From positions 13,703 through 77,702 of the forward strand of contig JBEKEV010000011.1 of NCBI GenBank assembly GCA_050013655.1: a stretch of 64,000 nucleotides of DNA, read 5' to 3'. Both the position numbers and the translations under genes were made by a program. This DNA comes from Bacteroidota bacterium. Lineage in GTDB: Bacteria; Bacteroidota; Ignavibacteria; UBA10030. The notes under the pieces are model-generated. The model ran no database searches. It saw only the letters and a list, made by a program, of their open reading frames with translations, and was not told the origin of the DNA. Below are positions 49,797 through 58,286 of the stretch, piece after piece (position 1 is the first letter of the stretch; each line of letters starts with the position of its first letter).

Positions 49797-50060
49797 GTGT
49801 ATCAATAATTGTTTTTTTTATCAAGCACTATTTTTCTTTTTTTCATTCTGCTACCTTCTAAGAGTCGACGACAATTTCCGCTGTTACGATGTACCAGATT
49901 AAAAATCGCCGACAGAAGTTCGATCTTTGCGTATGAGCATTAAACAGTTCCCTCCCATTCGCCAAAAAGCATAGCCTCGGTTCTTTTGCTCGCCCTGCAA
50001 TCGGAAAGAAACATTTTCATAGCTGAAGCGTCTTATCTTGTGTCCATTAAATTGAAGCAC

Positions 50061-50516
50061 ATGAAGTTTATTAAATCCTCCATAGTTCTTTCGGTCGTGT
50101 TCATCCTGAGTTCCGTTGGTTGGAATGGTTGTTACGTTCAATTTGCGACCAACTCGGACGTATCCGAGGAACCAGATGATTCGAACCAACCGCCTCCATT
50201 GGGCCCTATTATTGCCGACCCTATGCCCTATCCGGTATATCCGCATCCCGGGGGACCATATTATCCTCATCCGGTTGAGCCTCCATACATTCCACCAAGC
50301 CATATAGGAGCTCTTCCACCGAAATCCGGAACAGAACCCACCGCCGATCCTCATCGTCAATCAGGAGACCAGCGGCCATCCAATCCCGGTCAAAGCACTG
50401 GTGGACGTACTGAATCGCCGCCGTCAAGAACTTCCTGGAGTCCTGCTCCGGCGCCGCAAAATCCACCCGCGAGCTCGACTTCAAATACTCGCACAAGCGG
50501 TTCAACGCGCAGATGA
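50061..50516 (+). CDS. Small secreted proline-rich protein (hypothetical)
   Basis: Signal peptide MKFIKSSIVLSVVFILSS; the mature part is about 25% Pro (PYPVYPHPGGPYYPHPVEPPYIPP); it lies at the start of the high-GC segment. Confidence 0.4.
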   Translation: MKFIKSSIVLSVVFILSSVGWNGCYVQFATNSDVSEEPDDSNQPPPLGPIIADPMPYPVYPHPGGPYYPHPVEPPYIPPSHIGALPPKSGTEPTADPHRQSGDQRPSNPGQSTGGRTESPPSRTSWSPAPAPQNPPASSTSNTRTSGSTRR

Positions 50517-50615
50517 AGGGACTATACCGCATGTTTCTCTTGTCTGAATTCCCTGTACAAGATTTTTTTTTGAAGAATCTTCCGATATGAACACAATTGC
50601 ATTGGAGCAAACAAC

Positions 50616-52091
50616 ATGACGACAATTCTCAACAGAGCGTGGAAAGGAGCCATTCTCCTTTTCACTATTTCACTCGAAGTAGCTTTCGCTCAGCACGACA
50701 CTTCACAACAACTACCGGCACGCATTGCGGGATCGATTCTTGTCAACGGGCATTCACTCGACTATCTGCAAGAGTTGACCGACGGATTTGGCGGACGTGT
50801 CTCCGGCTCAGCTGCTTATCAACGGGCATCGGAATGGGCTGCCGATCAGTTTCGCGCAGTCGGAGTGAAGGATGTAAAACTCGAGACCTTTACGCTGCCG
50901 AACGGCTGGGAGCGCATTTCTGCCCGCGCCCGTATGATCGCTCCGCTGGACCGTCCGCTTCAGGTGCATTCGTACGGTTGGGCTCCATCGACTTCTCTAG
51001 AAGGCATAAAAGCGGAGGTCGTCTATGTGCGCCACATCTTATCGCAGGACGAAATCAAGCTGCAGGCAAGCAAGATCAAAGGCCGCATTGCTCTTATCAA
51101 CGGCGAAAGTTTTTATCAGGATGAACAATTTCTGGACAGCAAGTATATCGCTTCAAAGCGTCTTCTCAAAGAACTGGGTGCGCTCGCGATGCTCGTGCGC
51201 GGCTCGGCGGATAATAATGTAACCTCAAGTTGGGACGATGTGTGGGGAGGCATGATCGAGCCGCTTCCAATACTGGAGATCGGGATGGAAGACGGAAAAC
51301 TCATCGAGCGTTCCTTAAGGAAAGGTCCCGTGACCATTGAGCTTCAATGTGCAAATAAAGTGACCGGACCCGTCAAGGTGAATAATGTCGTCGCCGAAAT
51401 CCGCGGGCGCGAAAAGCCGGACGAATGGATTCTCGTAAGTGCACATCTCGACTCCTGGGATCAAGGAACCGGGGCGCAGGATGACGGCAGCGGTTGCGCA
51501 ATGGTTCTGGATGCTGCCCGCGCCATCGCTCAGTTGAATACTGCTCCGCGCCGTTCCATCCGATTTGTGCTGTGGGGTGGAGAAGAACAGGGCTTGCTTG
51601 GATCGATGGACTATGTTCGTTTGCACGCTTCAGAAATGGGCAAGTGCATAGCGGCTATCGCTACAGGTCTGGGTGCCGGTTTTCCGCAAGGGTGGATCGT
51701 CAGAGGGAACGACGAACTGAGGAAAGCGGTGCGGCCTCTAGATCAGTCCCTGATCGGTCTGGGCGGTGATGGGTTAAAAACAGAAGTAAAATTCGAGGAA
51801 TTGTCAAGCTGGGAAACATTCTTTCTTTCAGGCATTCCAACCTTGGACCTCTGGACGAATGCGACGTATTACTGGGATATTCACAACAAACCAGGGGATA
51901 CGTTTGACAAAGTCGATTCTCATAATCTTGCCGCCGGAACAGCTATTGTAGCTATCACCGCCTACTGGATTGCCGAACAACCTTCAGTGATTGCATCGCA
52001 TCTTAATCAAGCGGCGGTGGAAAAGATTCTTAAGAGCGCGGGAGTCTACGACCGAATCAAGGATCTGCGGGAACTGGGGATTGTAAAATAG
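50616..52091 (+). CDS. M28-family zinc aminopeptidase with PA domain, secreted
   Basis: Signal peptide; M28 metal-ligand blocks (VSAHLDSWDQGTGAQDDGSGCA; the ..GGEEQGLLGS motif with the EE); GGAG Shine-Dalgarno. Confidence 0.85.
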   Translation: MTTILNRAWKGAILLFTISLEVAFAQHDTSQQLPARIAGSILVNGHSLDYLQELTDGFGGRVSGSAAYQRASEWAADQFRAVGVKDVKLETFTLPNGWERISARARMIAPLDRPLQVHSYGWAPSTSLEGIKAEVVYVRHILSQDEIKLQASKIKGRIALINGESFYQDEQFLDSKYIASKRLLKELGALAMLVRGSADNNVTSSWDDVWGGMIEPLPILEIGMEDGKLIERSLRKGPVTIELQCANKVTGPVKVNNVVAEIRGREKPDEWILVSAHLDSWDQGTGAQDDGSGCAMVLDAARAIAQLNTAPRRSIRFVLWGGEEQGLLGSMDYVRLHASEMGKCIAAIATGLGAGFPQGWIVRGNDELRKAVRPLDQSLIGLGGDGLKTEVKFEELSSWETFFLSGIPTLDLWTNATYYWDIHNKPGDTFDKVDSHNLAAGTAIVAITAYWIAEQPSVIASHLNQAAVEKILKSAGVYDRIKDLRELGIVK

Positions 52092-52891
52092 TGCCGACGA
52101 TCCTGACCGTTACAAACCTTACCAAACGATTCGACGACTTCACTGCCGTCGACGCCATCTCGTTCAGCGTCGAGCGTGGTGAAATCTTCGCGTTCCTCGG
52201 GCCAAACGGCGCCGGAAAGACAACAACCATCAGGATGCTGATCACTCTGCTTGCGCCGACGAGCGGAGAAGCAAGGATTGAAGGATACGATGTAGTGCGT
52301 CATCCCGCCGAAGTCCGGAGGCTTATCGGATACGTGCCGCAGATGATTTCCGTCGACGGAATGTTGACGGCATATGAAAACCTGATGCTCATGGCCCGGC
52401 TTTATGATATTCCTTTCCGCGAGCGCGAGGAGCGCATACAGGAAATTTTGAAATTCCTGGACTTGGAGAGCCATGCACATGCTCTGGTACGAACATATTC
52501 GGGAGGGATGATCAGGAAACTGGAGATCGGGCAAACGATGCTTCATCATCCTCGGATTTTATTTCTTGACGAACCCACCACCGGTCTTGACCCAGTCGCG
52601 AAACAAAATGTCTGGGATCACCTGCTGGAGCTTCACGATAAGTTCGGGACGACGATTTTTTTCTCGACGCACAACATGGACGAAGCGGAAGACGTCTGTA
52701 CCAGAGTCGCAATTATGAACACCGGCAAGATTGCAATTATCGGCACTACTTCCGAGCTAAAAGAAAAGACCGGCAACTCCGAAGCGACTCTTGAAGATTC
52801 TTTCGTTTTCTTCACGGGAAATTCTCTTCGCGAGACGACTAATTTCCGCGAAGTGCGAAGTGCAAGACGGGCAGAACGAAGACTAGGATGA
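52091..52891 (+). CDS. ABC transporter ATP-binding protein (ABC-2/DrrA-like exporter ATPase), GTG start overlapping the upstream stop
   Basis: Walker A GPNGAGKTT; signature YSGGMIRKL; Walker B ILFLDEPTTGLD; H-loop. Confidence 0.9.
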   Translation: MPTILTVTNLTKRFDDFTAVDAISFSVERGEIFAFLGPNGAGKTTTIRMLITLLAPTSGEARIEGYDVVRHPAEVRRLIGYVPQMISVDGMLTAYENLMLMARLYDIPFREREERIQEILKFLDLESHAHALVRTYSGGMIRKLEIGQTMLHHPRILFLDEPTTGLDPVAKQNVWDHLLELHDKFGTTIFFSTHNMDEAEDVCTRVAIMNTGKIAIIGTTSELKEKTGNSEATLEDSFVFFTGNSLRETTNFREVRSARRAERRLG

Positions 52892-53673
52892 ACCCCGTGC
52901 CAAAATATATTTCACAAGTTCTCACAAAGTCGTATGTGATGGCCGAAATGGAAGTGCGCAAACTTCTCCACGACCCCACGGAACTCGCGACGCGCGCGGT
53001 ACAACCGATTCTCTGGCTCGGTATCTTCGGAGAAGCAATGAGCAAGGCGCGGGCGATCCCCACGCAAGGATTCACGTACCTGCAGTTTATTACACCCGGC
53101 ATCCTGACTCAATCGGTAACGTTCGTTGCGATTTTTTACGGCATCTCGATCATCTGGGAAAGGGATATGGGGCTGCTTCAGAAAATCCTCGTAACACCGA
53201 CCCCTCGTCTTGCGCTGGTGTGGGGAAAAATGATCTCGGCAGGCGTGCGTGGGTTGAGCCAGGCGGTCATCGTCTTTCTCTTTGCCCTGATTCTGCAAAT
53301 CCACCTTCAGCTTACATTCTTCTCCATGACGGGTGTCATCATTATCACTATGCTTGGAGCAGGATTTTTCACCGGGCTGTCTATGATTATTGCGGCTCTC
53401 GTCAAAACGCGCGAACGGTTCATGGGCATAGGCCAGGTAATCACACTTCCTCTCTTTTTCGCTTCGAACGCGATCTACCCCATCAACATCATGCCGGAAT
53501 GGCTGCAAATAGTCGCAAACGTCAATCCACTCAGCTATATGGTGGATGGCCTGCGCGCGTTACTGGTGACTGGCGATTTCTCTCAACTTCCTCTAGACAT
53601 CGTCGTTCTCTTCACCGCCACTCTCGGCATATCATTCGCTAGTGCCTACTTGTATCCGAAAGTTATCGAATGA
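52888..53673 (+). CDS. ABC-2 type transporter permease
   Basis: 6 predicted TM helices; 4-nt overlap with the ATPase gene; typical ABC-2 membrane-domain size. Confidence 0.8.
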   Translation: MNPVPKYISQVLTKSYVMAEMEVRKLLHDPTELATRAVQPILWLGIFGEAMSKARAIPTQGFTYLQFITPGILTQSVTFVAIFYGISIIWERDMGLLQKILVTPTPRLALVWGKMISAGVRGLSQAVIVFLFALILQIHLQLTFFSMTGVIIITMLGAGFFTGLSMIIAALVKTRERFMGIGQVITLPLFFASNAIYPINIMPEWLQIVANVNPLSYMVDGLRALLVTGDFSQLPLDIVVLFTATLGISFASAYLYPKVIE

Positions 53674-53877
53674 TTCTCTTTGCACTCTTGTCTTCGGGAG
53701 TGAAGCTTCCGCCACGAAATTACAATACAACCTGATTCTTATTATGAAATGATGTTGCGAAGATTTATGGAGTTGAGAAGAAATGTTTTTCAATAGGCAA
53801 ACTTTATCTTAAACTTTACACGTACATATTGCATCTAACACGAAATTGGTCCATTGTACTAATAAAGAGGGTTTCAT

Positions 53878-54723
53878 ATGTCAAGATGGAAATTCAGAAT
53901 GTGTGTAAAAGCGGCGGCTTTTTCATTTTCATTGCTCCAGACAGTGATCATTTCTGGGTGTTCCTCGACAAAAGAATTGAACAGCGAATCGTTAAGCGGG
54001 ACATATATTGTCGACGGCCGTGCCGATAAATGGAACGGAAAGAAAATGCTGGATCTAAAAGACACGGGATTATTGGTCGGCGTTCAAAACAACGCGAGCA
54101 ATGTTTATGTCTGCATCATGTCCACCGATAGAACGACAGAACGGCGGATGACTGGAGCTGGAATGATTGTTTGGATCGAACCTGAAAATGGAAAGAAATT
54201 TGGAATTCATTACCCTCTCCAAATGGACAGGTCCTCAGTTGCCGAAGGGGCCAGCTCTTCCGGTTATCGTACCGAAATGGAGATATTGGGGCCTGAAAAA
54301 GATGCGGTAACCCAGAGCTCAATACTGACATCCGAAAGCGATTACGGTATTGCTGCTGCATTCCGTGATTCGTCCGGGCTTGCTGTTCTTGAATTGAAAA
54401 TTCCGCGCAAAGCAAAACAAGAACCTTATGGAGCCGGCACCGACAACACTTTAAGTATGAGTATCGAATCGGGGAAAATCGAAGGACCCTCCGGTGGAAA
54501 ACGTCAAGGTGAAAGCATGGGCGGCGGTGGTAGGCGAAGGCACGGCGGCAGCACGCCGAACGGTGAAACGCCACCGGCAGGCGGCAGTATGCCGGGTAAC
54601 GAAGGGACACACGGCGGCGGTTACTCCGGCGGTGGAGGAGGGAATTCTGGAGGACGCAGTGGCGAAGGAAGAACTTCACCCGAGCCAATTTCTCTCAGTC
54701 TTCGTGTCCATCTTGCGCAATAG
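53878..54723 (+). CDS. Hypothetical lipoprotein with a C-terminal Gly/Arg-rich low-complexity tail
   Basis: Lipobox (IISGCSS); C-terminal GGGGRRRHGGSTPNGE...GGGYSGGGGGNSGGRSGEG; AAGAGGG Shine-Dalgarno. Confidence 0.45.
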   Translation: MSRWKFRMCVKAAAFSFSLLQTVIISGCSSTKELNSESLSGTYIVDGRADKWNGKKMLDLKDTGLLVGVQNNASNVYVCIMSTDRTTERRMTGAGMIVWIEPENGKKFGIHYPLQMDRSSVAEGASSSGYRTEMEILGPEKDAVTQSSILTSESDYGIAAAFRDSSGLAVLELKIPRKAKQEPYGAGTDNTLSMSIESGKIEGPSGGKRQGESMGGGGRRRHGGSTPNGETPPAGGSMPGNEGTHGGGYSGGGGGNSGGRSGEGRTSPEPISLSLRVHLAQ

Positions 54724-54778
54724 CACATAACACATTGAACCTCATCCTCGATCAGCGAATAGCCGGTGCATTGTCGCA

Positions 54779-57607
54779 ATGAAGAAGAGTGTTGCGATAT
54801 TTCTTTTCTTCCTTATTCCAGCAGCACAAGCACAAAACATCTTGGTGCATGGAATCATTCATGACTCAAAAAGGTCACCGCTCTTTGCCGTCGATATTCG
54901 CCTTATCAACCTTCAGGATACTACAAAAATCCTTTTTACTACAACCGACCAGAGGGGATATTTCCTTTTCACGCCGGCCGAATTACGTCAATATCGTCTG
55001 GAAGCAACATACATCGGCTACCAAAAAATCGTGAAAACAATTTCTGTTGATAAACACATTATGGACTTAGGTACGTTTACGATGACGGAAACTCCCATAT
55101 CAGAAAGAGAAGTCGTTATCGAAGGCAATATTCCGGCTGCCGTTCAGAACGGTGACACAACCGAATACATCGCACGTGCTTTCAAAACTAATCCTGATGC
55201 GGTTGTAGAAGACCTTGTAACTAAAATGCCGGGCATTACAGTGAGTAGTTCAGGTACCGTGAGTGTCGGAGGCGAGACGGTACAGCGTGTTCTCGTAGAC
55301 GGTAAACCTTTCTTTGGTGATGATCCCACACTGGCATTGCGCAATTTACCCGCTGAAGTAGTTGAGAAAATTCAGGTGTTCGATCAAATGAGTGATCAGG
55401 CACAGTTTACAGGATTCGATGATGGTCAATCCGTGAAAGCAATGAATGTTATTACCCGCTCTGCAAATGCACATTCAGAATTCGGAAGATTCTCCGCCGG
55501 ATACGGAGATGATGATGGCCGTTATATAGTCGGCGCGGCGCTCAATAAATTTGACGGTGATTCCAGGCTTTCTCTTGTTGGATTAACGAACAATGTGAAC
55601 CAACAAAACTTTACTGCGCAGGATGTTCTCGGCACCGGGCCAGGTTCGAATACATCGCAGAGGCTTCCTGGGGGACGGCGATCTTCATCGACGGGCGGCG
55701 GGGGACAGGGTGGACGTTCCCCGGGCAGTCAGTTCTCTTTCGGTGGAGGGGGCGGGAGCGCCAATAGCTTTTCCGCCGCACAAGCACAAGGAATCAATAC
55801 AACAAATATGATCGGCGGAAATTATATCGACAGTCTCTCTTCTCAAGTATTTGCGCAGGGGAGTTATTTCTTCAATCAGGTGAACAATGTGAATGATCAG
55901 ACAACGAACAGGCAATATTATAATGCGGGAAGTTCCGGTAGTCTTTATGATCAGCAGACAGATGCCGACAGCAAGAATTATAACCACCGGGCGAACGCAC
56001 GCATTGTATATACCATTGACTCTTCGAATTCCATCATTGTCACACCGCAGCTTCTTTTTCAACAAAATCAAATATCCAACGTCTTGGATGCGACAAGTTC
56101 TCTTGCAACGAACGTCCCTCTCAGCGAATCGCAAACCAATAATCAGACAGATGCGTCCGGACACAATCTTACGGGACATATTACTTTACGCCACAAATTT
56201 GAACTTCCCGGAAGAACACTGTCCCTAGATTTTTCTCTATCGCATAATCAAAAACTGACAACAACACATTTTGATGCCATGACGCAGCAAACGGGGGATT
56301 CAACTGCCGCCGATACTTCGAACGACCAAGCACATTCGATAACACTCGGTTACAGCATTTCTCCAACACTCACCTACACAGAGCCGGTAACTTTCAATAG
56401 TCAATTGCAACTGACATACAACGCCTCGTATTCAAGAAATACCGCAGATATAAGAACATATAATTTCAATGCACTGCGGCAACAATATTCGGATTTCGAT
56501 ACGCTGCTCTCCAATGTGTATGAAAATGAATATATCACGCAGAGTGCGGGCATGGGTTATCGAATTCGGGAAGATGGACTGAATGCGATGGCTGGATTCT
56601 CCGTCCAATCTGCAGAATTGAAAAACGATCAAACATTTCCATTTACAGGAAACATTTCAAAATCATTTATCGATTACCTTCCCAATGCACTCCTCAGCCT
56701 TGCGCTGGGTGCGCATGAAAATTTGCGTGTGATGTACCGCGCGTCCACACGGCCGCCGAACATTACACAATTACAAAATGTTATCAACAATTCAAATCCG
56801 TTGCTGCTTACATCCGGTAATCTTGATTTACAGGAATCGTATACTAATTCTCTTAATGTTCGGTATTCGATTACGACCCCCCAAAAAGCCAGAAGCATGT
56901 TCCTCCTGCTCTCTGCAACATTTACAAATGAGTACATCGGCAACGCGACAACTCTTGCGACGCGTGACACCGTGCTTTCTGATGGAACAAAATTAGCACA
57001 GGGCTCTCAGTTAACTATTCCCATCAATCTCAACGGATATGCAAACGTTCGTTCATTCTTTACCTACGGTTTTCCAGTAAATTTTCTCAGCAGTATGTTG
57101 AACTTGAGTACGGGTTTAACGTATACTCACACACCGGCTGAAATAAATTCTCTTTTAGATATGACAAACACATATGCCATCACTCAGGGATTCACGCTTG
57201 GAAGCAACGTTAGTCCTGAAGTCGATTTCACTCTTGCATACTCAGGCAGCTACAATATCAGCCGCACGAAGCTGCAGCCGGATCAAAACAGCAATTATTA
57301 TTCACATACGGCGAGCTTCAAGTTCAATTGGATTTTTTGGAATGGGATCGTGTTCAGAAACGAACTGAACAGCACGGTCACGAATGGTCTTTCCAACGGA
57401 TACGACCAGAATATTCTCTTGTGGAATATGAGTTTTGGAAAGAAATTCTTTTCGAACCAGCGCGGAGAATTGAAATTAGGCGTGTCCGATATGCTCGGTC
57501 AAAATAAAAGCATCACCCGCAACATTACCGATACCTATACAGAAGATGTAAGGAATACTGCTTTGACACGATATGTCATGCTTACATTTACATACACTTT
57601 AAGATAA
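54779..57607 (+). CDS. TonB-dependent outer-membrane receptor / beta-barrel protein with N-terminal CarboxypepD_reg domain
   Basis: Signal peptide; VHGIIHDSKRSPLFAVDIRLINLQDTTKILFTTTDQRGYFLF (CarbopepD_reg); a TonB-box-like EVVIEGN; plug and barrel; internal Gly-rich linker; ends LTFTYTLR. Confidence 0.7.
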   Translation: MKKSVAIFLFFLIPAAQAQNILVHGIIHDSKRSPLFAVDIRLINLQDTTKILFTTTDQRGYFLFTPAELRQYRLEATYIGYQKIVKTISVDKHIMDLGTFTMTETPISEREVVIEGNIPAAVQNGDTTEYIARAFKTNPDAVVEDLVTKMPGITVSSSGTVSVGGETVQRVLVDGKPFFGDDPTLALRNLPAEVVEKIQVFDQMSDQAQFTGFDDGQSVKAMNVITRSANAHSEFGRFSAGYGDDDGRYIVGAALNKFDGDSRLSLVGLTNNVNQQNFTAQDVLGTGPGSNTSQRLPGGRRSSSTGGGGQGGRSPGSQFSFGGGGGSANSFSAAQAQGINTTNMIGGNYIDSLSSQVFAQGSYFFNQVNNVNDQTTNRQYYNAGSSGSLYDQQTDADSKNYNHRANARIVYTIDSSNSIIVTPQLLFQQNQISNVLDATSSLATNVPLSESQTNNQTDASGHNLTGHITLRHKFELPGRTLSLDFSLSHNQKLTTTHFDAMTQQTGDSTAADTSNDQAHSITLGYSISPTLTYTEPVTFNSQLQLTYNASYSRNTADIRTYNFNALRQQYSDFDTLLSNVYENEYITQSAGMGYRIREDGLNAMAGFSVQSAELKNDQTFPFTGNISKSFIDYLPNALLSLALGAHENLRVMYRASTRPPNITQLQNVINNSNPLLLTSGNLDLQESYTNSLNVRYSITTPQKARSMFLLLSATFTNEYIGNATTLATRDTVLSDGTKLAQGSQLTIPINLNGYANVRSFFTYGFPVNFLSSMLNLSTGLTYTHTPAEINSLLDMTNTYAITQGFTLGSNVSPEVDFTLAYSGSYNISRTKLQPDQNSNYYSHTASFKFNWIFWNGIVFRNELNSTVTNGLSNGYDQNILLWNMSFGKKFFSNQRGELKLGVSDMLGQNKSITRNITDTYTEDVRNTALTRYVMLTFTYTLR

Positions 57608-57901
57608 TCCCTCCAACAAAGAGACAGGCACAACGAATTAATTCCTGAAGATTTGAACAAAATGTATAATTACGGCGGACAAGGTCTTCGCCTGCCTCGA
57701 TATCAACACCAGAGTTTTTGCATGTAGCCATGTGAGTTTTATCATCTGAGATTAAGATTGGGATAGGACAGCTGATTTTTTAACGTTGAACAAGGAAAGA
57801 ACGATTCTTCAGTACGAAAAAAGCGCATAGATTTACTTGTTCTTTTTTTACAGCTTCCCTATATTGTAGAAAGACTATTATGATACTCATAGAGAGGGGC
57901 A

Positions 57902-58276
57902 ATGATCATAAATCGATTTCCTGTGGCGATAATATTGTCCTCAGTTCTCACTCTACACTGTTCATCAACAAAACCTCTTTCAGAAGCAGAAAAAGCCAAA
58001 TTGGACCAACCGTTGCTGCATTTGCTCACCGGTAAACCTATACAAGAAAACCGACTTGATATTTTAACACGGTCGGATGGAACAAAAGAGTATGCAGTCA
58101 TTGTTCAATCAGAACACCCAGAAGCTATTCGCGCACTAGGGATCACCGTAAGCAGTGTTTTTGGAGATGTCATTGTGGTTCACGTCACTCTTGAAGAGTT
58201 AAAAAATATCGTATCATTACCTACAGTTCGGGCTGTACGAACCGGATCAAGAAGAACTATCCAGCAACATCATTAA
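57902..58276 (+). CDS. Small secreted protein paralogous to the N-terminal propeptide region of the adjacent S8 protease; a candidate trans-acting propeptide, inhibitor or chaperone
   Basis: Signal peptide; ...EKAKLDQPLLHLLTGKP...DGTKEYAVIVQSEHPEAIRALGITVSSVFGDVIVVHVTLEELKNIVSLPTVRAVRTG aligns with S8 residues about 25-125 (...EKQRSKLHPLFRSLITKSSQP...DGTVRYGAIVYTRNVEEIRSMGIHVNSVLPEFVTAQLTPSDMVRLADLESVKFLDPG). AGAGGGG Shine-Dalgarno. Confidence 0.55.
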   Translation: MIINRFPVAIILSSVLTLHCSSTKPLSEAEKAKLDQPLLHLLTGKPIQENRLDILTRSDGTKEYAVIVQSEHPEAIRALGITVSSVFGDVIVVHVTLEELKNIVSLPTVRAVRTGSRRTIQQHH

Positions 58277-58286
58277 AAAGGCTCTT

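Larger units (their letters stand above)
49950..54750. other. Compositionally distinct segment (about 55-60% GC against about 40% in the flanks) that coincides with the strand switch; a candidate horizontally acquired island
   Basis: Spot GC counts: 52141-52200 = 62%; 1501-1560 = 32%; 55201-55260 = 42%. Many long spurious antisense ORFs fall only in this segment. Confidence 0.55.

Noticed and set aside
49768-49824. Upstream 19-codon extension of the LacI-regulator ORF
   Set aside because: LacI-family proteins begin a few residues before the HTH. The extension would place the operator-like palindrome inside the coding sequence. The internal Met (49767) gives a typical N-terminus.
49899-50360. 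153-aa minus-strand ORF opposite the proline-rich gene
   Set aside because: Antisense to Pro codons (Gly/Arg/Trp-rich); no signal or domain features.
52046-54688. Several long antisense ORFs (167, 198 and 190 aa) on the minus strand inside the GC-rich segment
   Set aside because: High GC suppresses stop codons in all frames. The translations are Arg/Cys-rich and overlap well-supported plus-strand genes (ABC ATPase, permease, lipoprotein).
57820-57850. A6…T7 stretch after the TonB-receptor gene as a terminator
   Set aside because: The only pairing is A-run with T-run around a 20-nt unstructured loop with no GC stem, too weak to call.
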